Shown here piece by piece: positions 22,501-33,490 of a stretch of 64,000 bases of DNA. The position numbers and the translations under genes are program-made. Location: positions 67,614 through 131,613 of the forward strand of contig CBDBIB010000002.1 of NCBI GenBank assembly GCA_965205945.1, written 5' to 3'. Origin of the DNA: Bdellovibrionales bacterium. GTDB lineage: Bacteria > Bdellovibrionota > Bdellovibrionia > Bdellovibrionales > UBA1609. How positions within the stretch are numbered: the stretch's first letter is position 1; every line of letters begins with the position of its first letter. Below the pieces are notes generated by a model. That model did not search any database. It had not been told where the DNA came from and was given only the letters and a program-made list of their open reading frames with translations.

Positions 22501-23725
22501 AGGAAGAGAGAGGGATCGTTATGCAGTTGTTTATGGCTCTACAATTTATTTTAAAGATGGTGATCAGGTTAAAAAAGGTGATACTATTTGTGACTGGGAC
22601 CCTTATGCAAATCCAATTATTGCAGAAGTTTCAGGTAAAATTAATTTCCTTGGAATTGTTGAAGGGCAAACAATGTCAGAGCAAATTGACCCTGTAACAG
22701 GTTTTGCAACTAAAGTGATTACAGATTCAAAAACTGTAGATGACAATAAGCCAACAGTATTTATTTCAGATGTCCAGGGAAATCCAGTTGAAATTAAAGG
22801 AAGGGCTGCACCAGCAAGATATGTCATTCCAATGGGAGCGCAATTGTTGGTCTCAGTTGGAGATGAAGTTTGTGCTGGTGAAATTATTGCAAAAATCCAT
22901 AGAGAAACATCTAAGACAAAAGATATTACGGGGGGTTTGCCAAGAGTTGCTGAGCTTTTTGAGGCAAGAAAACCAAAAGAGGCTGCCATTGTAACTGAAA
23001 TTGATGGTTATGTGACTTTTGGAAAAGATATTAAAACTAAGCAAAGAGTGATTATTACTCCAGAGCTTGGTGAGCCGAGAGAGTATTTGATTCCAAAAGG
23101 AAAGCATTTTGCTGTTCGTGAGGGTGAGTTTGTTCAAGCAGGTGATGCTTTAATGGATGGACTAATTAATCCGCATGATATTTTAGCTGTTAAAGGTGAC
23201 CAAGAGCTTGCAGCCTATATGGTGAATGAAGTTCAAGAGGTTTATAGGCTTCAAGGCGTTGGAATTAACGATAAACATATTGAAACTATTGTAAGGCAGA
23301 TGTTAAGAAAAGTTACTGTGACAAGTCCTGGTGATACTATTTTCTTAAATGATATGCAGGTTGAAAAATATAGACTTGAAGAGGAGAATGAAAGAGTTCT
23401 GGCAGAAGGTTTAGAGCCAGCAAAAGTTCAACCACTTCTTCTTGGTATTACTAAAGTTTCATTAGGAACTGAGAGTTGGATTTCTGCTGCATCATTTCAA
23501 GAGACTACTAAAGTACTTACTGAGGCATCTATTAATGGAAAAGAAGATAAGCTTAAAGGTCTTAAAGAAAATATTATTATGGGTAGATTGATTCCTGCAG
23601 GAACAGGGGTATCAGCTTATAAAAAATGGAAGCTTAAGGTTGACGAGATTGAGGAGTCCTCAGGAGCTGTCTTACTGGGATTAGGAAGGGAATTTTCAAC
23701 TCAGGATGGGATAAATAGAGTTTAG
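19580..23725 (+). CDS. rpoC: DNA-directed RNA polymerase subunit beta'
   Basis: 1381 aa. [16 protein letters not shown] catalytic motif. TTG start after AGGAG. Confidence 0.99.
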   Translation: MKDLLNFFDKPKDPLAFEGVKIGLASPELIQSWSFGEVKKPETINYRTFKPEREGLFCAKIFGPIKDYECLCGKYKRMKFRGVVCEKCGVEVTQSKVRRERMGHIELASPVAHIWFLRSLPSRIGNILNLTLKDVERVLYCEAYVVIDPMETTLEESQVLGEEAYQAALEEFGPNFHADIGGNAISELLKKVDVEYLSKKLRMELKEVKSEAATKKLTKRLKVLEAFKGTVNKPVWMMLQNVPVIPPDLRPLVPLDGGRFATSDLNDLYRRVINRNNRLKRLQELNAPDVIIRNEKRMLQEAVDALLDNGRRGKTFTGPNKRPLKSLSDMLKGKQGRFRQNLLGKRVDYSGRSVIVVGPNLKLHQCGLPKKMALELFKPFIFAKLEERGFATTIKQAKKLVEEQTVEVWDILSEVVKEHPVMLNRAPTLHRLGVQAFEPVLHEGKAIRLHPLVCTAFNADFDGDQMAVHVPLSVEAQVEARVLMMSTNNILSPANGRPVINPTQDIVLGCYWMTRIKPGAKGTGKLFGNVNEVLYAYEAKNVDLQAAIKVRVHGKIYDTSVGRAIFSDILPLEVPFNEINKPLDKKELASVIDKSFRLAGGKATAILADNIMEKGFTYSTKAGISICLDDLKIPEAKTKMIQTAENEVLEIQGQYDEGLITDGERYNKVVDIWAQTGDKVAKEMMRHIEKEEFNVNGETVIGDSFNSIFVMADSGARGSAAQIRQLAGMRGLMAKPSGEIIETPITANFREGLSVLQYFISTHGARKGLADTALKTANSGYLTRRLVDVAQDVIVTQQDCGTTDGMALVPLMEGGEIIQPLSERVLGRTCMEDVKDPYSEEVLVEAGEEIAEGHIEKIDKAGVIKVMIRSVLTCKSRRGVCVKCYGRDLSRGTTVNLGETVGIIAAQSIGEPGTQLTMRTFHVGGTATRAVEQSVHISRMDALFKLEGVSTVTNKDGKLVSMNRSGYILLIDPEGRERDRYAVVYGSTIYFKDGDQVKKGDTICDWDPYANPIIAEVSGKINFLGIVEGQTMSEQIDPVTGFATKVITDSKTVDDNKPTVFISDVQGNPVEIKGRAAPARYVIPMGAQLLVSVGDEVCAGEIIAKIHRETSKTKDITGGLPRVAELFEARKPKEAAIVTEIDGYVTFGKDIKTKQRVIITPELGEPREYLIPKGKHFAVREGEFVQAGDALMDGLINPHDILAVKGDQELAAYMVNEVQEVYRLQGVGINDKHIETIVRQMLRKVTVTSPGDTIFLNDMQVEKYRLEEENERVLAEGLEPAKVQPLLLGITKVSLGTESWISAASFQETTKVLTEASINGKEDKLKGLKENIIMGRLIPAGTGVSAYKKWKLKVDEIEESSGAVLLGLGREFSTQDGINRV

Positions 23726-23779
23726 GAGAATTAGGTGGAGGAGTTACTTAAAAAATAAGTGAAAGCCTGTTAATTAGGC

Positions 23780-23808
23780 TTGACGGCAAGGTTTTTGAGT
23801 CTTATTTT
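23780..23808 (+). promoter_or_regulatory. candidate sigma70-type promoter of rpsL
   Basis: TTGACG, 17-nt spacer, TATTTT, about 80 nt upstream of rpsL. Confidence 0.35.
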
Positions 23809-23890
23809 TCCTCCTTTATATGAGTTTAAAATAACTAAATTTTATTTTTTGTTGGGTTTAAAAGTAAGTAAAAATTAGAAAAGGAAAGCT

Positions 23891-24265
23891 ATGCCAACTA
23901 TTAATCAGTTGATTAGGAAAGAAAGAACAATTCAAAAGAATAAAACAACTTCTCCTGCATTAGCGTCATGCCCACAAAAAAGAGGCGTATGTACAAGAGT
24001 TTATACAACAACTCCAAAGAAACCAAATTCAGCTTTAAGAAAAGTTGCAAAGGTTAGACTGTCTAATGGGTTTGAAGTGATTTCATATATTCCAGGCACT
24101 GGTCATAACTTACAAGAACATAGTATTGTTCTTATTCGTGGTGGCCGTGTAAAAGACTTACCGGGTGTGAGGTATCATATTGTAAGAGGGATTTTAGATA
24201 CTCAAGGTGTTAAAGATAGAAAAAATAGCCGTTCTAAATATGGAGCTAAAAGGCCAAAAGTCTAA
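23891..24265 (+). CDS. rpsL: 30S ribosomal protein S12
   Basis: 124 aa, [10 protein letters not shown] motif. Confidence 0.98.
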   Translation: MPTINQLIRKERTIQKNKTTSPALASCPQKRGVCTRVYTTTPKKPNSALRKVAKVRLSNGFEVISYIPGTGHNLQEHSIVLIRGGRVKDLPGVRYHIVRGILDTQGVKDRKNSRSKYGAKRPKV

Positions 24266-24278
24266 GGAGAGGAGTTAA

Positions 24279-24752
24279 ATGTCTCGTAGAAGAAAAAGTG
24301 TAAAAAGAGAGATCCTTCCAGATCCGATTTATAATGATCTTACATTGGCTAAGTTTGTAAATACTCTTATGCTTGATGGGAAAAAATCAACTGCGCAAAA
24401 TATTTTATATAGCGCTTTAGATGAGTTAAAAGATAAAGTTCCTGGTGAGGAACCTTTAGCAGTATTTAAAAAAGCAATTGAAAATACAAAGCCTGCTGTT
24501 GAAGTTAAATCAAGAAGAGTTGGTGGTGCTACATATCAAGTTCCTGTTGATGTAAGGCCTTTAAGAAGACTTGCTCTTTCTATGAGATGGCTTGTTGAGT
24601 ATTCAAGAAAAAGATCAGAGAAAAACATGGCCAGTAGACTTTCTTCTGAATTTGCAGATGCTTTTAACGGGAGGGGAAATTCTGTTAAAAAAAGAGAAGA
24701 TGTTCATAAAACAGCTGAAGCTAATAGAGCATTTTCGCATTTTAGCTGGTAA
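24279..24752 (+). CDS. rpsG: 30S ribosomal protein S7
   Basis: 157 aa, S7 family, follows rpsL. Confidence 0.98.
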   Translation: MSRRRKSVKREILPDPIYNDLTLAKFVNTLMLDGKKSTAQNILYSALDELKDKVPGEEPLAVFKKAIENTKPAVEVKSRRVGGATYQVPVDVRPLRRLALSMRWLVEYSRKRSEKNMASRLSSEFADAFNGRGNSVKKREDVHKTAEANRAFSHFSW

Positions 24753-24789
24753 GCTTAGTTAAGGCTTAAAGTTTTATGGAATTTATAAG

Positions 24790-24818
24790 ACACTTCTTTT
24801 TAAGAGGTGTTTTTTTTA
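24790..24818 (+). terminator. intrinsic terminator/attenuator between rpsG and fusA
   Basis: ACACTTCT-TTTTA-AGAGGTGT hairpin (8 bp, one G.U pair) followed by T8. Confidence 0.6.
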
Positions 24819-24840
24819 TTAAAAGGTGTAAATAAACATT

Positions 24841-26937
24841 ATGGTATATAAACAGCCTGGAACAATTAAAGATTTAAAACTTACAAGAAATTTTGGTATT
24901 ATGGCGCATATTGATGCGGGTAAAACAACTACTACTGAAAGGATTTTGTTTTATACAGGAAAGAGTCATAAAATTGGTGAGGTCCACGATGGACAAGCTG
25001 TAATGGACTGGATGGAGCAAGAGCAAGAACGTGGGATCACGATTACTTCTGCTGCAATAACAAGTTACTGGAAAAACCACAAGATTAATATCATTGATAC
25101 GCCTGGACATGTGGACTTTACAATTGAAGTAGAGCGATCGCTACGAGTTTTAGATGGGGCTGTGGCTGTATTTGATGGAGTCAATGGTGTTGAGCCTCAA
25201 TCGGAAACAGTTTGGCGTCAGGCTGATCGCTATAAGGTTCCAAGAATTGTCTTTATTAATAAAATGGATAGGGTGGGAGCAGATTTTTATTATTCTATTA
25301 AAACTATTAAAAAAAGACTTAGTGGAAACCCCCTTGCATTACAACTTCCCATTGGTGAAGAGGATGGGTTTCAAGGTGTTGTAGATCTTATTTTAAATAA
25401 AGCTTATATTTGGGATGGTGAAGGTTTAGGGGTAGATTTTAAAGTCACAGAGATTCCCGAATATCTAAAAATAAAAGCTAAAGAGTATAGGCAAAAGGCT
25501 ATTGAAACTATATGTGAATTTGATGATGATCTTTTAGATGAATATCTTAAGGGTAAGCAGCCTAGTTTAGAAAAACTAAAGACTGTATTAAGACAAGCAG
25601 TTTTAGACTTAAAGATTTGTCCAGTTTTTTGTGGATCTGCTTTTAAGAACAAAAGTATTCAGCCTTTACTTGATGCCATTTTAGATTATTTACCAAGCCC
25701 TTTAGATAGATCTGCAGTAATAGGGAGAGACCCTAAAAGACAGGATAAGGCGATCATTTGTAAAACTGATTTTAAAGAAGCTTTAAGTGCTTTAGCTTTT
25801 AAAATAGCAAGAGATCCTTTTTCTGGAGTTCTTACTTTTATAAGAGTTTATTCAGGAGTAATTAAGACTGGAGAGGCGTTATTAAACCCAAGAACTCAAA
25901 AAAAAGAGCGTATTAGTAAGATTTTTAAAATGCATTCAAATACTAGAGAGGAAATATCAGAAGTTAAAGCTGGGGACATAGCAGCACTTGTAGGGTTAAA
26001 AGATACGGGAACTGGGGATACTCTTTGTGCTTCTAAGAGACCGGTTGTCTTAGAAAGAATTAAATTTCCAGATCCTGTGATTTCCGTAGCTATTGAAGCT
26101 AAGTCATCTATGGATCAAAAAAAGTTAGAAGAGGGTTTAGCTGCTTTATTAAGGGAAGATCCTTCTTGTAAGCTTGATATGGATCCTGACACTGGCCAAA
26201 CGCTTCTTTCAGGAATGGGGGAGCTTCACTTAGATATCTTAGTAGATAGGCTTTTAAAGGAATATAAGGTGAGCGCAAATATTGGTAAGCCACAAGTTTT
26301 TTATAGAGAGTTTTTAGAAAATAAATCTAAGGGTGAAGCTAGATTTGAAAGAGTAGTTTCTGGCACTACTGAGTGGGCAAAGATATCTTTAGAAATTGAG
26401 CCTCAAAAAAATGGTGAAGCCCATATGTTTATTAATAATTTTAAAACAGATAAAAAGCTAGATTCAATGTTAATTGATGCCATTAGGGATGGGGCTATGG
26501 ATGCTGTGGGTATAGGTCCTTTAGCGGGTTATCCAATGATGGGGATTAAAATTATTTTAAAGCACTTAGAATGGGATGTTTTTACTTCTAGAGGCGTTTG
26601 TAAAATTGCAACGTCTCAAGCGCTAAGGCAGTGTTTAAAAGAAGCAAAAGTGAGTGTGTATGAACCAGTTTTTAAAGTAGAGGTTTTATCTCCAGGAGAA
26701 TTTGTAGGTTCTATTGTTGGGGATATTAATGCTCGAAAAGGAAAAGTGTTAAACATGGAGCATAAGGGTGATAAGCAAATAATACATGCACAGATTCCAT
26801 TGGCCTCTTTGTTCGGTTATGCAACTGATATTAGGTCTTTAAGCCAAGGGCGTGCAATGTTTTCTATGGAGTTTTATAATTATGGAATGCTTCCTAAAAA
26901 ATCTCAAAATGAATTTCTATTAAAATTTGGACGGTAA
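24841..26937 (+). CDS. fusA: elongation factor G
   Basis: [20 protein letters not shown] and NKMD motifs. 698 aa. Confidence 0.97.
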   Translation: MVYKQPGTIKDLKLTRNFGIMAHIDAGKTTTTERILFYTGKSHKIGEVHDGQAVMDWMEQEQERGITITSAAITSYWKNHKINIIDTPGHVDFTIEVERSLRVLDGAVAVFDGVNGVEPQSETVWRQADRYKVPRIVFINKMDRVGADFYYSIKTIKKRLSGNPLALQLPIGEEDGFQGVVDLILNKAYIWDGEGLGVDFKVTEIPEYLKIKAKEYRQKAIETICEFDDDLLDEYLKGKQPSLEKLKTVLRQAVLDLKICPVFCGSAFKNKSIQPLLDAILDYLPSPLDRSAVIGRDPKRQDKAIICKTDFKEALSALAFKIARDPFSGVLTFIRVYSGVIKTGEALLNPRTQKKERISKIFKMHSNTREEISEVKAGDIAALVGLKDTGTGDTLCASKRPVVLERIKFPDPVISVAIEAKSSMDQKKLEEGLAALLREDPSCKLDMDPDTGQTLLSGMGELHLDILVDRLLKEYKVSANIGKPQVFYREFLENKSKGEARFERVVSGTTEWAKISLEIEPQKNGEAHMFINNFKTDKKLDSMLIDAIRDGAMDAVGIGPLAGYPMMGIKIILKHLEWDVFTSRGVCKIATSQALRQCLKEAKVSVYEPVFKVEVLSPGEFVGSIVGDINARKGKVLNMEHKGDKQIIHAQIPLASLFGYATDIRSLSQGRAMFSMEFYNYGMLPKKSQNEFLLKFGR

Positions 26938-26939
26938 GC

Positions 26940-28091
26940 TTATCTACTTTTTTCAATAAGTTTTAAGCCAATTAGAGTATTTTTTTTAAATGGAGGCATG
27001 ACAGGAGCATCGCTTCCAAAGTGATATTCGTATCCATGTGTATCTAGGAAAGTAAAGGGGTAAATTTCATGGGGCATGAGTAAAGCCTTATTCTTTTCAT
27101 ACCAAATCTTATCTTGAATCCAGTGTGCAGGCTGAAAATGGAAGACACATTTTAAATGGTGCGCACTTAAGATTTTTAAAGCATGTTTTGTAAAAATAGG
27201 AGCATGTTCAAGGTGTAGTGTTGGAATAGAGGTATTGTTTTTACTTAGAACTTGATAAACTTTTAAAACTTCTTGTAATGCTAAGTCTCCAATGGTGTGA
27301 ACGGCTAGTGGAACTTTTTGTACACATAAAATAAAAGTCATTTTTTTTAAAAGATCTTTTTTACTCATGCGGGGAGAGGAGCTTTTAAAAGAGCTAGTGT
27401 ATGCAGTGTTTGAGTTTAAAGAACCATCATAAAATATTTTTATACCTTTAGCCGAGAGTATTTTAGAGTTTGAAGTTTTAGCTAAATCCAACGCATTAAG
27501 TGCAGTCTTTATAGTTTGCCCCATGAATTCAGAGAAAAACACCTCGATATTAAGTTTTAAAAGATTCCTAGATTCAAGTTTTTTTAGGCAGATCCAATGA
27601 TCGATGTTTCCGGTGAGATGTCTGATTTTTTTAATGCCATTTTCCAAAAAAACATTTTGTGCAAATAATGCTATTTTTTTAAGTTCCTTTATTGAACGTG
27701 AAGGGATAAGTGCGTAGAAAGAATCTCGTTCAGCCTCTGAAAGGATAGATCCTGTTTTTAAAGGAATTGCATTTTTAGAAGAGAATTTTAAATGATCTAA
27801 AAGATTTTTTGAAACAAAAGAGCTGTGACCATCAATATATGAAATACAAAAATATTTATTAGGATACTTTTCACAAAGCTGGTTAAATTCTTTAAGAGGA
27901 AGTTTATTTGACCATCCAAAACCTCGAATTAAAGTTTGATTTTTTAGATTTTCTGGAAGATTTAGGGTGACAGCATTTTGATCAATAACAAAGTCTACAG
28001 CAGAAAGGCCTACACCAAAAAAGTGTACGTGGCTATCATAGTTTAGTTTTTTATATAAGCTAGTATTTGACAGGTTCAATTCTAACTTCAT
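26940..28091 (-). CDS. metal-dependent amidohydrolase family protein
   Basis: HVHFFG (HxH), HTIGD, HLEHA and FGSDAPV motifs of the amidohydrolase superfamily. Convergent with fusA, 2 bp apart. Confidence 0.7.
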   Translation of the reverse strand: MKLELNLSNTSLYKKLNYDSHVHFFGVGLSAVDFVIDQNAVTLNLPENLKNQTLIRGFGWSNKLPLKEFNQLCEKYPNKYFCISYIDGHSSFVSKNLLDHLKFSSKNAIPLKTGSILSEAERDSFYALIPSRSIKELKKIALFAQNVFLENGIKKIRHLTGNIDHWICLKKLESRNLLKLNIEVFFSEFMGQTIKTALNALDLAKTSNSKILSAKGIKIFYDGSLNSNTAYTSSFKSSSPRMSKKDLLKKMTFILCVQKVPLAVHTIGDLALQEVLKVYQVLSKNNTSIPTLHLEHAPIFTKHALKILSAHHLKCVFHFQPAHWIQDKIWYEKNKALLMPHEIYPFTFLDTHGYEYHFGSDAPVMPPFKKNTLIGLKLIEKSR

Positions 28092-29034
28092 TGTTATTGT
28101 TGTTTAATAAGATGATAAGAATTGACGCTAGTGTCACTCCTGTTATTGCATACCATGTTGATTTTTTTTGAAAAAAATTCTTTTTGTGTGGTAGTTTTAA
28201 GGGTTTATCGGTATGAATTTTAAAAAGTTTTTTTTGAGCAGGGTGGTTTATTTGTTTAGAAATTTTCTTTATACAGGATTTTGAAAAAAAGATTTCATCT
28301 ACTCTAAAACCTTGATGTGTAATAAAATTAGGATTAGCACATGTTCCAAGGTTTAATTTTTTAAGTTTAATAGGTTTAGTCTTTAAAATATTATCTCCTG
28401 ATAAGTTTAAGGAGAGTTCTTTGTAACCTTCTTTGAAAAATTTAAAATTATAATTTCCTGAGGGGTTAAGGTTAATTGTTCCAATGGTGAGCACACCATT
28501 AAAATAAATATGGGTATTCTCATCTGCTAAAGCAGATAGATCATAAGGAAAAGAGTAATTTTTTATTTCTTCTAATTTTATTGTATAATTACGAATAATA
28601 TCAGGGTTAAATATTTGATCAGAGAGTTTGTAATCAGGATTAAATAACAATCCTTGCTTAATCCAAAAATTAGATTTAATGCGTTCAAGATTTGAGAGTC
28701 GAAAATAGCTTTCTGAAATATGATTTTGAGCTTTTTTGGAAAAAATAAAATGAGATTTTAATTCAGTGAGTTCTTTAAAAAGATAAATTGAAGGGGTTAA
28801 GTCTTCTAAAAGTAAGCCTTTTACAGCAAGACTATGTTTATCAGAAATAGTTTTTTCACTAGATAAGAGTTGTTTTTCCATAAGGAGATTTGTGAGAGAT
28901 TTTTTATTAGAATTCTTTTTTAAATATAAATTAAAATTATTAATCTGTTTTGGGTTTCCAAGGGTAATAACGTTTGCATGGGAGAATGTAAAATGGGTTA
29001 TTATGAGTAATGATAAGAATATACTTTTTTTCAT
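28060..29034 (-). CDS. hypothetical secreted protein with C-terminal membrane anchor
   Basis: Signal peptide MKKSIFLSLLIITHFTFSHA (Met5 of the track ORF, directly after the upstream stop) and a C-terminal TM segment. Last gene of the Flp-like cluster. Confidence 0.55.
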   Translation of the reverse strand: MKKSIFLSLLIITHFTFSHANVITLGNPKQINNFNLYLKKNSNKKSLTNLLMEKQLLSSEKTISDKHSLAVKGLLLEDLTPSIYLFKELTELKSHFIFSKKAQNHISESYFRLSNLERIKSNFWIKQGLLFNPDYKLSDQIFNPDIIRNYTIKLEEIKNYSFPYDLSALADENTHIYFNGVLTIGTINLNPSGNYNFKFFKEGYKELSLNLSGDNILKTKPIKLKKLNLGTCANPNFITHQGFRVDEIFFSKSCIKKISKQINHPAQKKLFKIHTDKPLKLPHKKNFFQKKSTWYAITGVTLASILIILLNNNNNEVRIEPVKY

Positions 29035-29035
29035 A

Positions 29036-29521
29036 TTAACCTCCAAATGTAATTTTATTTTTAGATTTTTTATTTAACATCCAAACAGGGGGTTTGTTTA
29101 TATATTTTTGCAAAGCTATTTTAAATTCTAGTCCAAAAGAGGCTAATTTATTAGCAATATCTACAGGAACTACAAATGCTAAATGAGAAGGATCTTTTGG
29201 AGCCCTTAAAATCTTAATGTTTTTTGCAATTAAAGTGCCTGTTTTAGGGTTATATACTTGAACGATATTGTAGGCACTAAGGAGGGGTTGAATATGTTCA
29301 AAATTTACAGCCTGAAAAGGGTAGAGAATATAACCTTGTGGAATCATAACGGCTAAATTGATTTCTAGTTCTTTTAAAGCTGGTTTTTTTAAGTCAGAAT
29401 TGTCTTTAAGCATATAAATCAGTAGTGAAATAATGAAAGATATTGTAAGCCCTAAGATAACCTTAAAACGTTCTTCATTAGTATTTTTAAAGATATAGGC
29501 TTTGAATTTTTGTATGTTCAA
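29036..29521 (-). CDS. possible CpaB/RcpC-like Flp pilus assembly protein (short)
   Basis: N-terminal TM anchor. The C-terminal segment AFVVPVDIANKLASFGLEFKIALQK resembles the CpaB C-terminal motif. The assignment is tentative. Confidence 0.4.
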   Translation of the reverse strand: MNIQKFKAYIFKNTNEERFKVILGLTISFIISLLIYMLKDNSDLKKPALKELEINLAVMIPQGYILYPFQAVNFEHIQPLLSAYNIVQVYNPKTGTLIAKNIKILRAPKDPSHLAFVVPVDIANKLASFGLEFKIALQKYINKPPVWMLNKKSKNKITFGG

Positions 29522-29675
29522 TTTCTTTCTCCAAGGTTTTAAATTTTGAGGATTTAAGAAAACAAAGGAAGATTAATAAAATAGGAATAATGATTAGCAA
29601 TTCAATGCTTAGTTGTCCAGAATTAATTTTATATTTGATGGTAAACCTCCTTGAATGGTAAGCGTGCTTCCACAT
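29487..29675 (-). CDS. doubtful small ORF with prepilin-like G/QLSIE motif
   Basis: SGQLSIELLIIIPILL resembles a TadE/pseudopilin N-terminus, but the ORF overlaps both neighbours and has only ~25 aa after the TM segment. Confidence 0.25.
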   Translation of the reverse strand: MWKHAYHSRRFTIKYKINSGQLSIELLIIIPILLIFLCFLKSSKFKTLEKEIEHTKIQSLYL

Positions 29676-30244
29676 TTAAAATTAAAGTTTGTATTAAAAT
29701 TTAGATTTTTTTTTAAAAGAGTGGGAAGTATCTTTGTTATATTGATTCTTTTATAAAATATAGTTTTCTTTTTATTTTGATAATCTTTTTGTAAGCGGTA
29801 ACTTGGGCTATCTGAATTTTTAGGATAAGCTTTAACAAGCAGACCTTGAGGAGGGCTGGTTGATAGATATCCATTTTTAAAGAGTTTTCTAGATCTTTTA
29901 TAAGAATCTAGAGTTGCTTGATATAAAATATTTTTCTGATATGTGACAAGAGTTTTTTGAAGAACTTTTACACTATTTAAAGCTGCTAAAGCAGCGGCTT
30001 TGGCATAAGCAGGAGCTAATTTATATGTGATCTCTAAAGCCTTTCTTGATGCTCTTAGAGTAAAGGCCGTATTATTTTTTAAGAAAAGTGCTTTAGTCAG
30101 CTTTCGGTGTGAGTGTTGAAGTTCTGTAAGTTCAGTTATACAAAATTTTAGCTCTTTAGAAATATTTTTTTTAACACCTAAGATAAAAAGAAGGCTTAAA
30201 AAAATCATAGTTAAAAATGAGAATGATAAGTAAATTAAATACAT
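29609..30244 (-). CDS. membrane-anchored hypothetical protein (possible TadG-like)
   Basis: The Met18 start lies directly after the upstream stop. N-terminal TM segment. No firm motif. Confidence 0.5.
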   Translation of the reverse strand: MYLIYLSFSFLTMIFLSLLFILGVKKNISKELKFCITELTELQHSHRKLTKALFLKNNTAFTLRASRKALEITYKLAPAYAKAAALAALNSVKVLQKTLVTYQKNILYQATLDSYKRSRKLFKNGYLSTSPPQGLLVKAYPKNSDSPSYRLQKDYQNKKKTIFYKRINITKILPTLLKKNLNFNTNFNFKCGSTLTIQGGLPSNIKLILDN

Positions 30245-30248
30245 GAGC

Positions 30249-30584
30249 TTATTTTTGTTTTTGAAGTTTTTGAGACCATATAAAGTCTTTTCCAAAGAAA
30301 GAAGATTTAACCTTAACTTTATTAATAGAACCTTTTAAGGAGAGTTTTACTGAAATATTTTTTTGAAAGAATAAAAGCCGTTTTAATTGATGTGTTAAAT
30401 TATTTTTACATTTATAATTTGAAGAGTTTAAGCTTTCTAAGCAAAGAAGACTTTTTTGCATATAAAACTCAGAAATATATTTTGCATAAATTAAATAAAC
30501 AATGCAGGAACTCCCCATAAATAGGAGAAGTATCACTTTTAAAGTCAGCAGGGCTTCAAGTGTAGCTTGTCCTAAGTTCTTCAT
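30249..30584 (-). CDS. TadE-like pseudopilin
   Basis: MKNLGQATLEALLTLKVILLLF matches the G/xxxxE prepilin-peptidase-type N-terminus. Follows the Flp pilin gene directly. Confidence 0.55.
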   Translation of the reverse strand: MKNLGQATLEALLTLKVILLLFMGSSCIVYLIYAKYISEFYMQKSLLCLESLNSSNYKCKNNLTHQLKRLLFFQKNISVKLSLKGSINKVKVKSSFFGKDFIWSQKLQKQK

Positions 30585-30585
30585 A

Positions 30586-30840
30586 TTAATTGTCACCTTT
30601 ATTAGAAGAATTTTTTAAAAAATTACTTAAATCCTTTTGACTGTGGTGACTGTCATTAATTCCTATAGATTTTATTTTTGTAGAATGGTTGCCTTGAAGT
30701 GCATTAGTGATATTTGAAAGTTGAGCTCTTGTAGTTTGCCCAAGAACTCGAATAACACCAATTGAAGAGATGGCAATTAAAGCGACTAGTATGAGATACT
30801 CTGTTAAACTTTGTCCAAGTTGTTTTTCTCTATTTTGCAT
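30586..30840 (-). CDS. flp: Flp/Fap family type IVb pilin
   Basis: KQLG/QSLTEYLILVALIAISSIG matches the Flp motif (G-XXXXEY plus a hydrophobic stretch). 84 aa. Confidence 0.75.
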   Translation of the reverse strand: MQNREKQLGQSLTEYLILVALIAISSIGVIRVLGQTTRAQLSNITNALQGNHSTKIKSIGINDSHHSQKDLSNFLKNSSNKGDN

Positions 30841-31125
30841 ATAAAGCTATCCTTTAATAAGAAGATCTTATGCAAAAAAAAGGAGTCACTTGAAAAAGTA
30901 GTTTTAGATGATTTGACTAAAAAAATATCCGATTATTGGTTTAGTTCACCATAACCATTGTTTATAAACTAAGCTAGAAATCTTTGATAATGGTTGGTTA
31001 TATTTTTATTACCGTTTTTTAAAACTCTAGGGGAATTATATTGATTTTTTTAACTTTTTTTATTTAAAGATCAGAAAGGCTTAAAGATTCTAGGAATATT
31101 TTTTAGATATAGTTTTAAAGTTGGA

Positions 31126-31431
31126 TTATTTTATTTTCTTTTTTTTAGAGGTTTTTTTTGATTTAACAGAGGGATTTGCAGCTTTTGCTTTTTTACGAGC
31201 TAGTTGGCGTTCTTTTTTGCGCTCCTCTTTCTCTATGATTCTAAGCTCTTCTCGCTCATCCTGGATAACGGTAAGGATGGCCAGGGCCTCTTCTCTTAAA
31301 TCATTTTCATTTACAAATCTGTAAAAAGCTTCAATTTCAGGGCTTTGCTTAAATCTTTTTGCTGTAGATGGAACAGCCTCATCTGCTTTAAAATCAATTG
31401 TTCCATCAGTGCTGACTTTTACTTTTTCCAT
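31126..31431 (-). CDS. hypothetical protein with Lys-rich C-terminal tail
   Basis: 101-aa ORF, preferred over the antisense 67-aa ORF on composition and length. Confidence 0.5.
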   Translation of the reverse strand: MEKVKVSTDGTIDFKADEAVPSTAKRFKQSPEIEAFYRFVNENDLREEALAILTVIQDEREELRIIEKEERKKERQLARKKAKAANPSVKSKKTSKKKKIK

Positions 31432-31530
31432 ATGACTCTACCTTATATTTATGTTTAATATTTTAAATCAATATAGTAAAAAGAGCAATAAATATATACC
31501 TGCAGTATTTTGCAGATAGTAGGGGATTAT

Positions 31531-32376
31531 ATGCTTATTTTAGATGGTAAAAAATCAGCTCAAATACGTATTCAAGGTTTTAAAAAGAGAGTTGCTAATA
31601 TAACAAAGAAGCTAGGAAGAAGCCCAAATCTTTTGGCAGTATTGGTTGGAGAAGATCCTGCAAGTAAAATTTATGTAGATCATAAAAAAAAGCAGTGCTC
31701 TAAAGTAGGTATACAAAGCACAGTTATAGGGCTTTCAGAAAAAATCACACAAGTTGAGTTGATATCTGAAATTGACAAATTTAATAAAAATAATTGTATT
31801 GATGGCATATTGGTTCAACTGCCTCTTCCAGATCATCTTTTAAGTTTTGATCCATCAAATTATATTTTAGATCAAAAAGATGTTGATGGGTTAACTGCTA
31901 AAAATATGGGACTGATGGTTAAAGGAAGGGCTTTTGCTGAGCCCTGTACGCCAAGGGGTATTATTGAACTTTTAAAGTATTATCATATTGAGTTAAGGGG
32001 TAAAAGAGCTGCTGTTCTTGGGCGAAGTCAAATAGTGGGATGGCCTATGGCTTGGATGCTGACTCGTGAAAATGCGACTGTTACAGTTTGTCACTCAAGA
32101 ACAAAAGATTTAAAACCCATTCTTAAAGAAAGTGATTTAGTTGTTGTGGCTGTAGGAAAACCTCACTTTTTAAATAAGAACTTTTTTAAAAAAAGGGCCG
32201 TTGTAATTGATGTGGGTATACACAGACTACATTCAGGTAAACTTATAGGAGATGTTGATACTCAAGGTTTTAAGGAGAAGAATATTTCCTACTCTCCTGT
32301 TCCTGGTGGAGTAGGACCTATGACAGTGAATCAACTTGTAGGAAATTTAATAGACCTTGTGACATTAAAAGTATAA
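31531..32376 (+). CDS. folD: bifunctional methylenetetrahydrofolate dehydrogenase/cyclohydrolase
   Basis: MLILDGKK start (ATG at 31531) and the PVPGGVGPMT motif. Confidence 0.93.
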   Translation: MLILDGKKSAQIRIQGFKKRVANITKKLGRSPNLLAVLVGEDPASKIYVDHKKKQCSKVGIQSTVIGLSEKITQVELISEIDKFNKNNCIDGILVQLPLPDHLLSFDPSNYILDQKDVDGLTAKNMGLMVKGRAFAEPCTPRGIIELLKYYHIELRGKRAAVLGRSQIVGWPMAWMLTRENATVTVCHSRTKDLKPILKESDLVVVAVGKPHFLNKNFFKKRAVVIDVGIHRLHSGKLIGDVDTQGFKEKNISYSPVPGGVGPMTVNQLVGNLIDLVTLKV

Positions 32377-32388
32377 GGGTTTTATAAT

Positions 32389-33462
32389 ATGAAAAAAACA
32401 CCTTTGAATAAATGGCACCATGAAAATGGCGGGAAAATGATTTCTTATGCAGGATGGAATATGCCTGTGCAGTATAAAACGGGCTTATCCGTAGAGCATA
32501 AGTTTACAAGAGAAATAGCCTCTCTTTTTGATGTTTCTCATATGGGAGAATTTAGGTTTAAAGGACCTGAAGCTTTGATGGCTTTAGAGTATTTGTCTCC
32601 AACAAATATTTCTAAGTTAAGTAAAGGGGAGTCTTGTTATAGTTTTTTTCCCAATGAAAACGGTGGAGTGATAGATGACCTTTTAGTATATTGTTTTGTA
32701 GAAGGTGTAGATTATTTGATTTGTGTGAATGCTTTAAATACTGGAAAAATTAGTAAGCATATTAATAAATTTGCTCATAAGTTTAAAGTTTCTATTATAG
32801 ATGAGTGTAGAATGTGGGCACAGATTGCTATTCAAGGGCCTAAAGCTGTAGAGATAACTAATAGAATTATTCATGGAGTTTCCTTGATTAAACGATTTGG
32901 CTTTTTAAGCTTTGATTTTAATGGAGAAATAATATGGGTTTGTAGAACAGGTTACACAGGAGAAGATGGTTTTGAGATTTTTGTGCCACCTGTAAAGACT
33001 GAACAACTTTGGGTATCATTGTTAGGTGAAGGGGCAAGGCCTTGTGGCTTAGCAGCAAGAGACACTTTGAGGCTTGAAGCGGCATTAAACTTATATGGAA
33101 ATGAGCTTTCTGATAACTGTAATCCTTTTGAGCGTAGAATGGGGTGGACTATTGATTTTTCAAAATCTAACTTTTTAGCAAAAGATAAGCTGATTGATTT
33201 TAAAGAAAAAGCTACACGTGTTCTTATGGGCTTAAAGGTTTTAGAAAAGGCTATTCCAAGAGCGGGTTATAATGTTTTAGTCAATGATAAAGTTGTGGGG
33301 GTTATAACTAGCGGAACAATGTCTCCAACGTTTGCAGAGCCCATAGCTATGGTTTGGATTGACAAAACAGTTGCTTGGGGAGAGAAACAGCTTAAGGTTC
33401 AGATTAGGAATAAACAGGTAAATGCTGTAATAGTGTCTTTGCCATTTTTAAAGAAGAATTAG
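32389..33462 (+). CDS. gcvT: glycine cleavage system aminomethyltransferase T
   Basis: 357 aa, GYTGEDGFEI motif. Confidence 0.93.
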   Translation: MKKTPLNKWHHENGGKMISYAGWNMPVQYKTGLSVEHKFTREIASLFDVSHMGEFRFKGPEALMALEYLSPTNISKLSKGESCYSFFPNENGGVIDDLLVYCFVEGVDYLICVNALNTGKISKHINKFAHKFKVSIIDECRMWAQIAIQGPKAVEITNRIIHGVSLIKRFGFLSFDFNGEIIWVCRTGYTGEDGFEIFVPPVKTEQLWVSLLGEGARPCGLAARDTLRLEAALNLYGNELSDNCNPFERRMGWTIDFSKSNFLAKDKLIDFKEKATRVLMGLKVLEKAIPRAGYNVLVNDKVVGVITSGTMSPTFAEPIAMVWIDKTVAWGEKQLKVQIRNKQVNAVIVSLPFLKKN

Positions 33463-33490
33463 AAAATTATTACCAATAAAAGGGGTTTAA

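Noticed and set aside
10871-26293. Numerous 60-130-aa antisense or out-of-frame ORFs inside tuf, rpoB, rpoC and fusA. Similar ORFs lie inside the J-protein gene (2162, 2423), inside tatC (9060), across secE/nusG (12337) and inside the cysteine desulfurase gene (51741).
   Set aside because: They are nested within strongly conserved genes on the other strand or frame. They are typical spurious ORFs.
31121-31324. A 67-aa plus-strand ORF.
   Set aside because: It is entirely antisense to the longer 101-aa ORF (31126..31431). It is Phe/Ser/Leu-rich, shadow-like in composition, and has no SD.
31432-32388. Looked for a glycine riboswitch upstream of gcvT and folD.
   Set aside because: gcvT follows folD by 12 bp, and the AT-rich folD leader shows none of the conserved glycine-aptamer core sequence that I can recognise.
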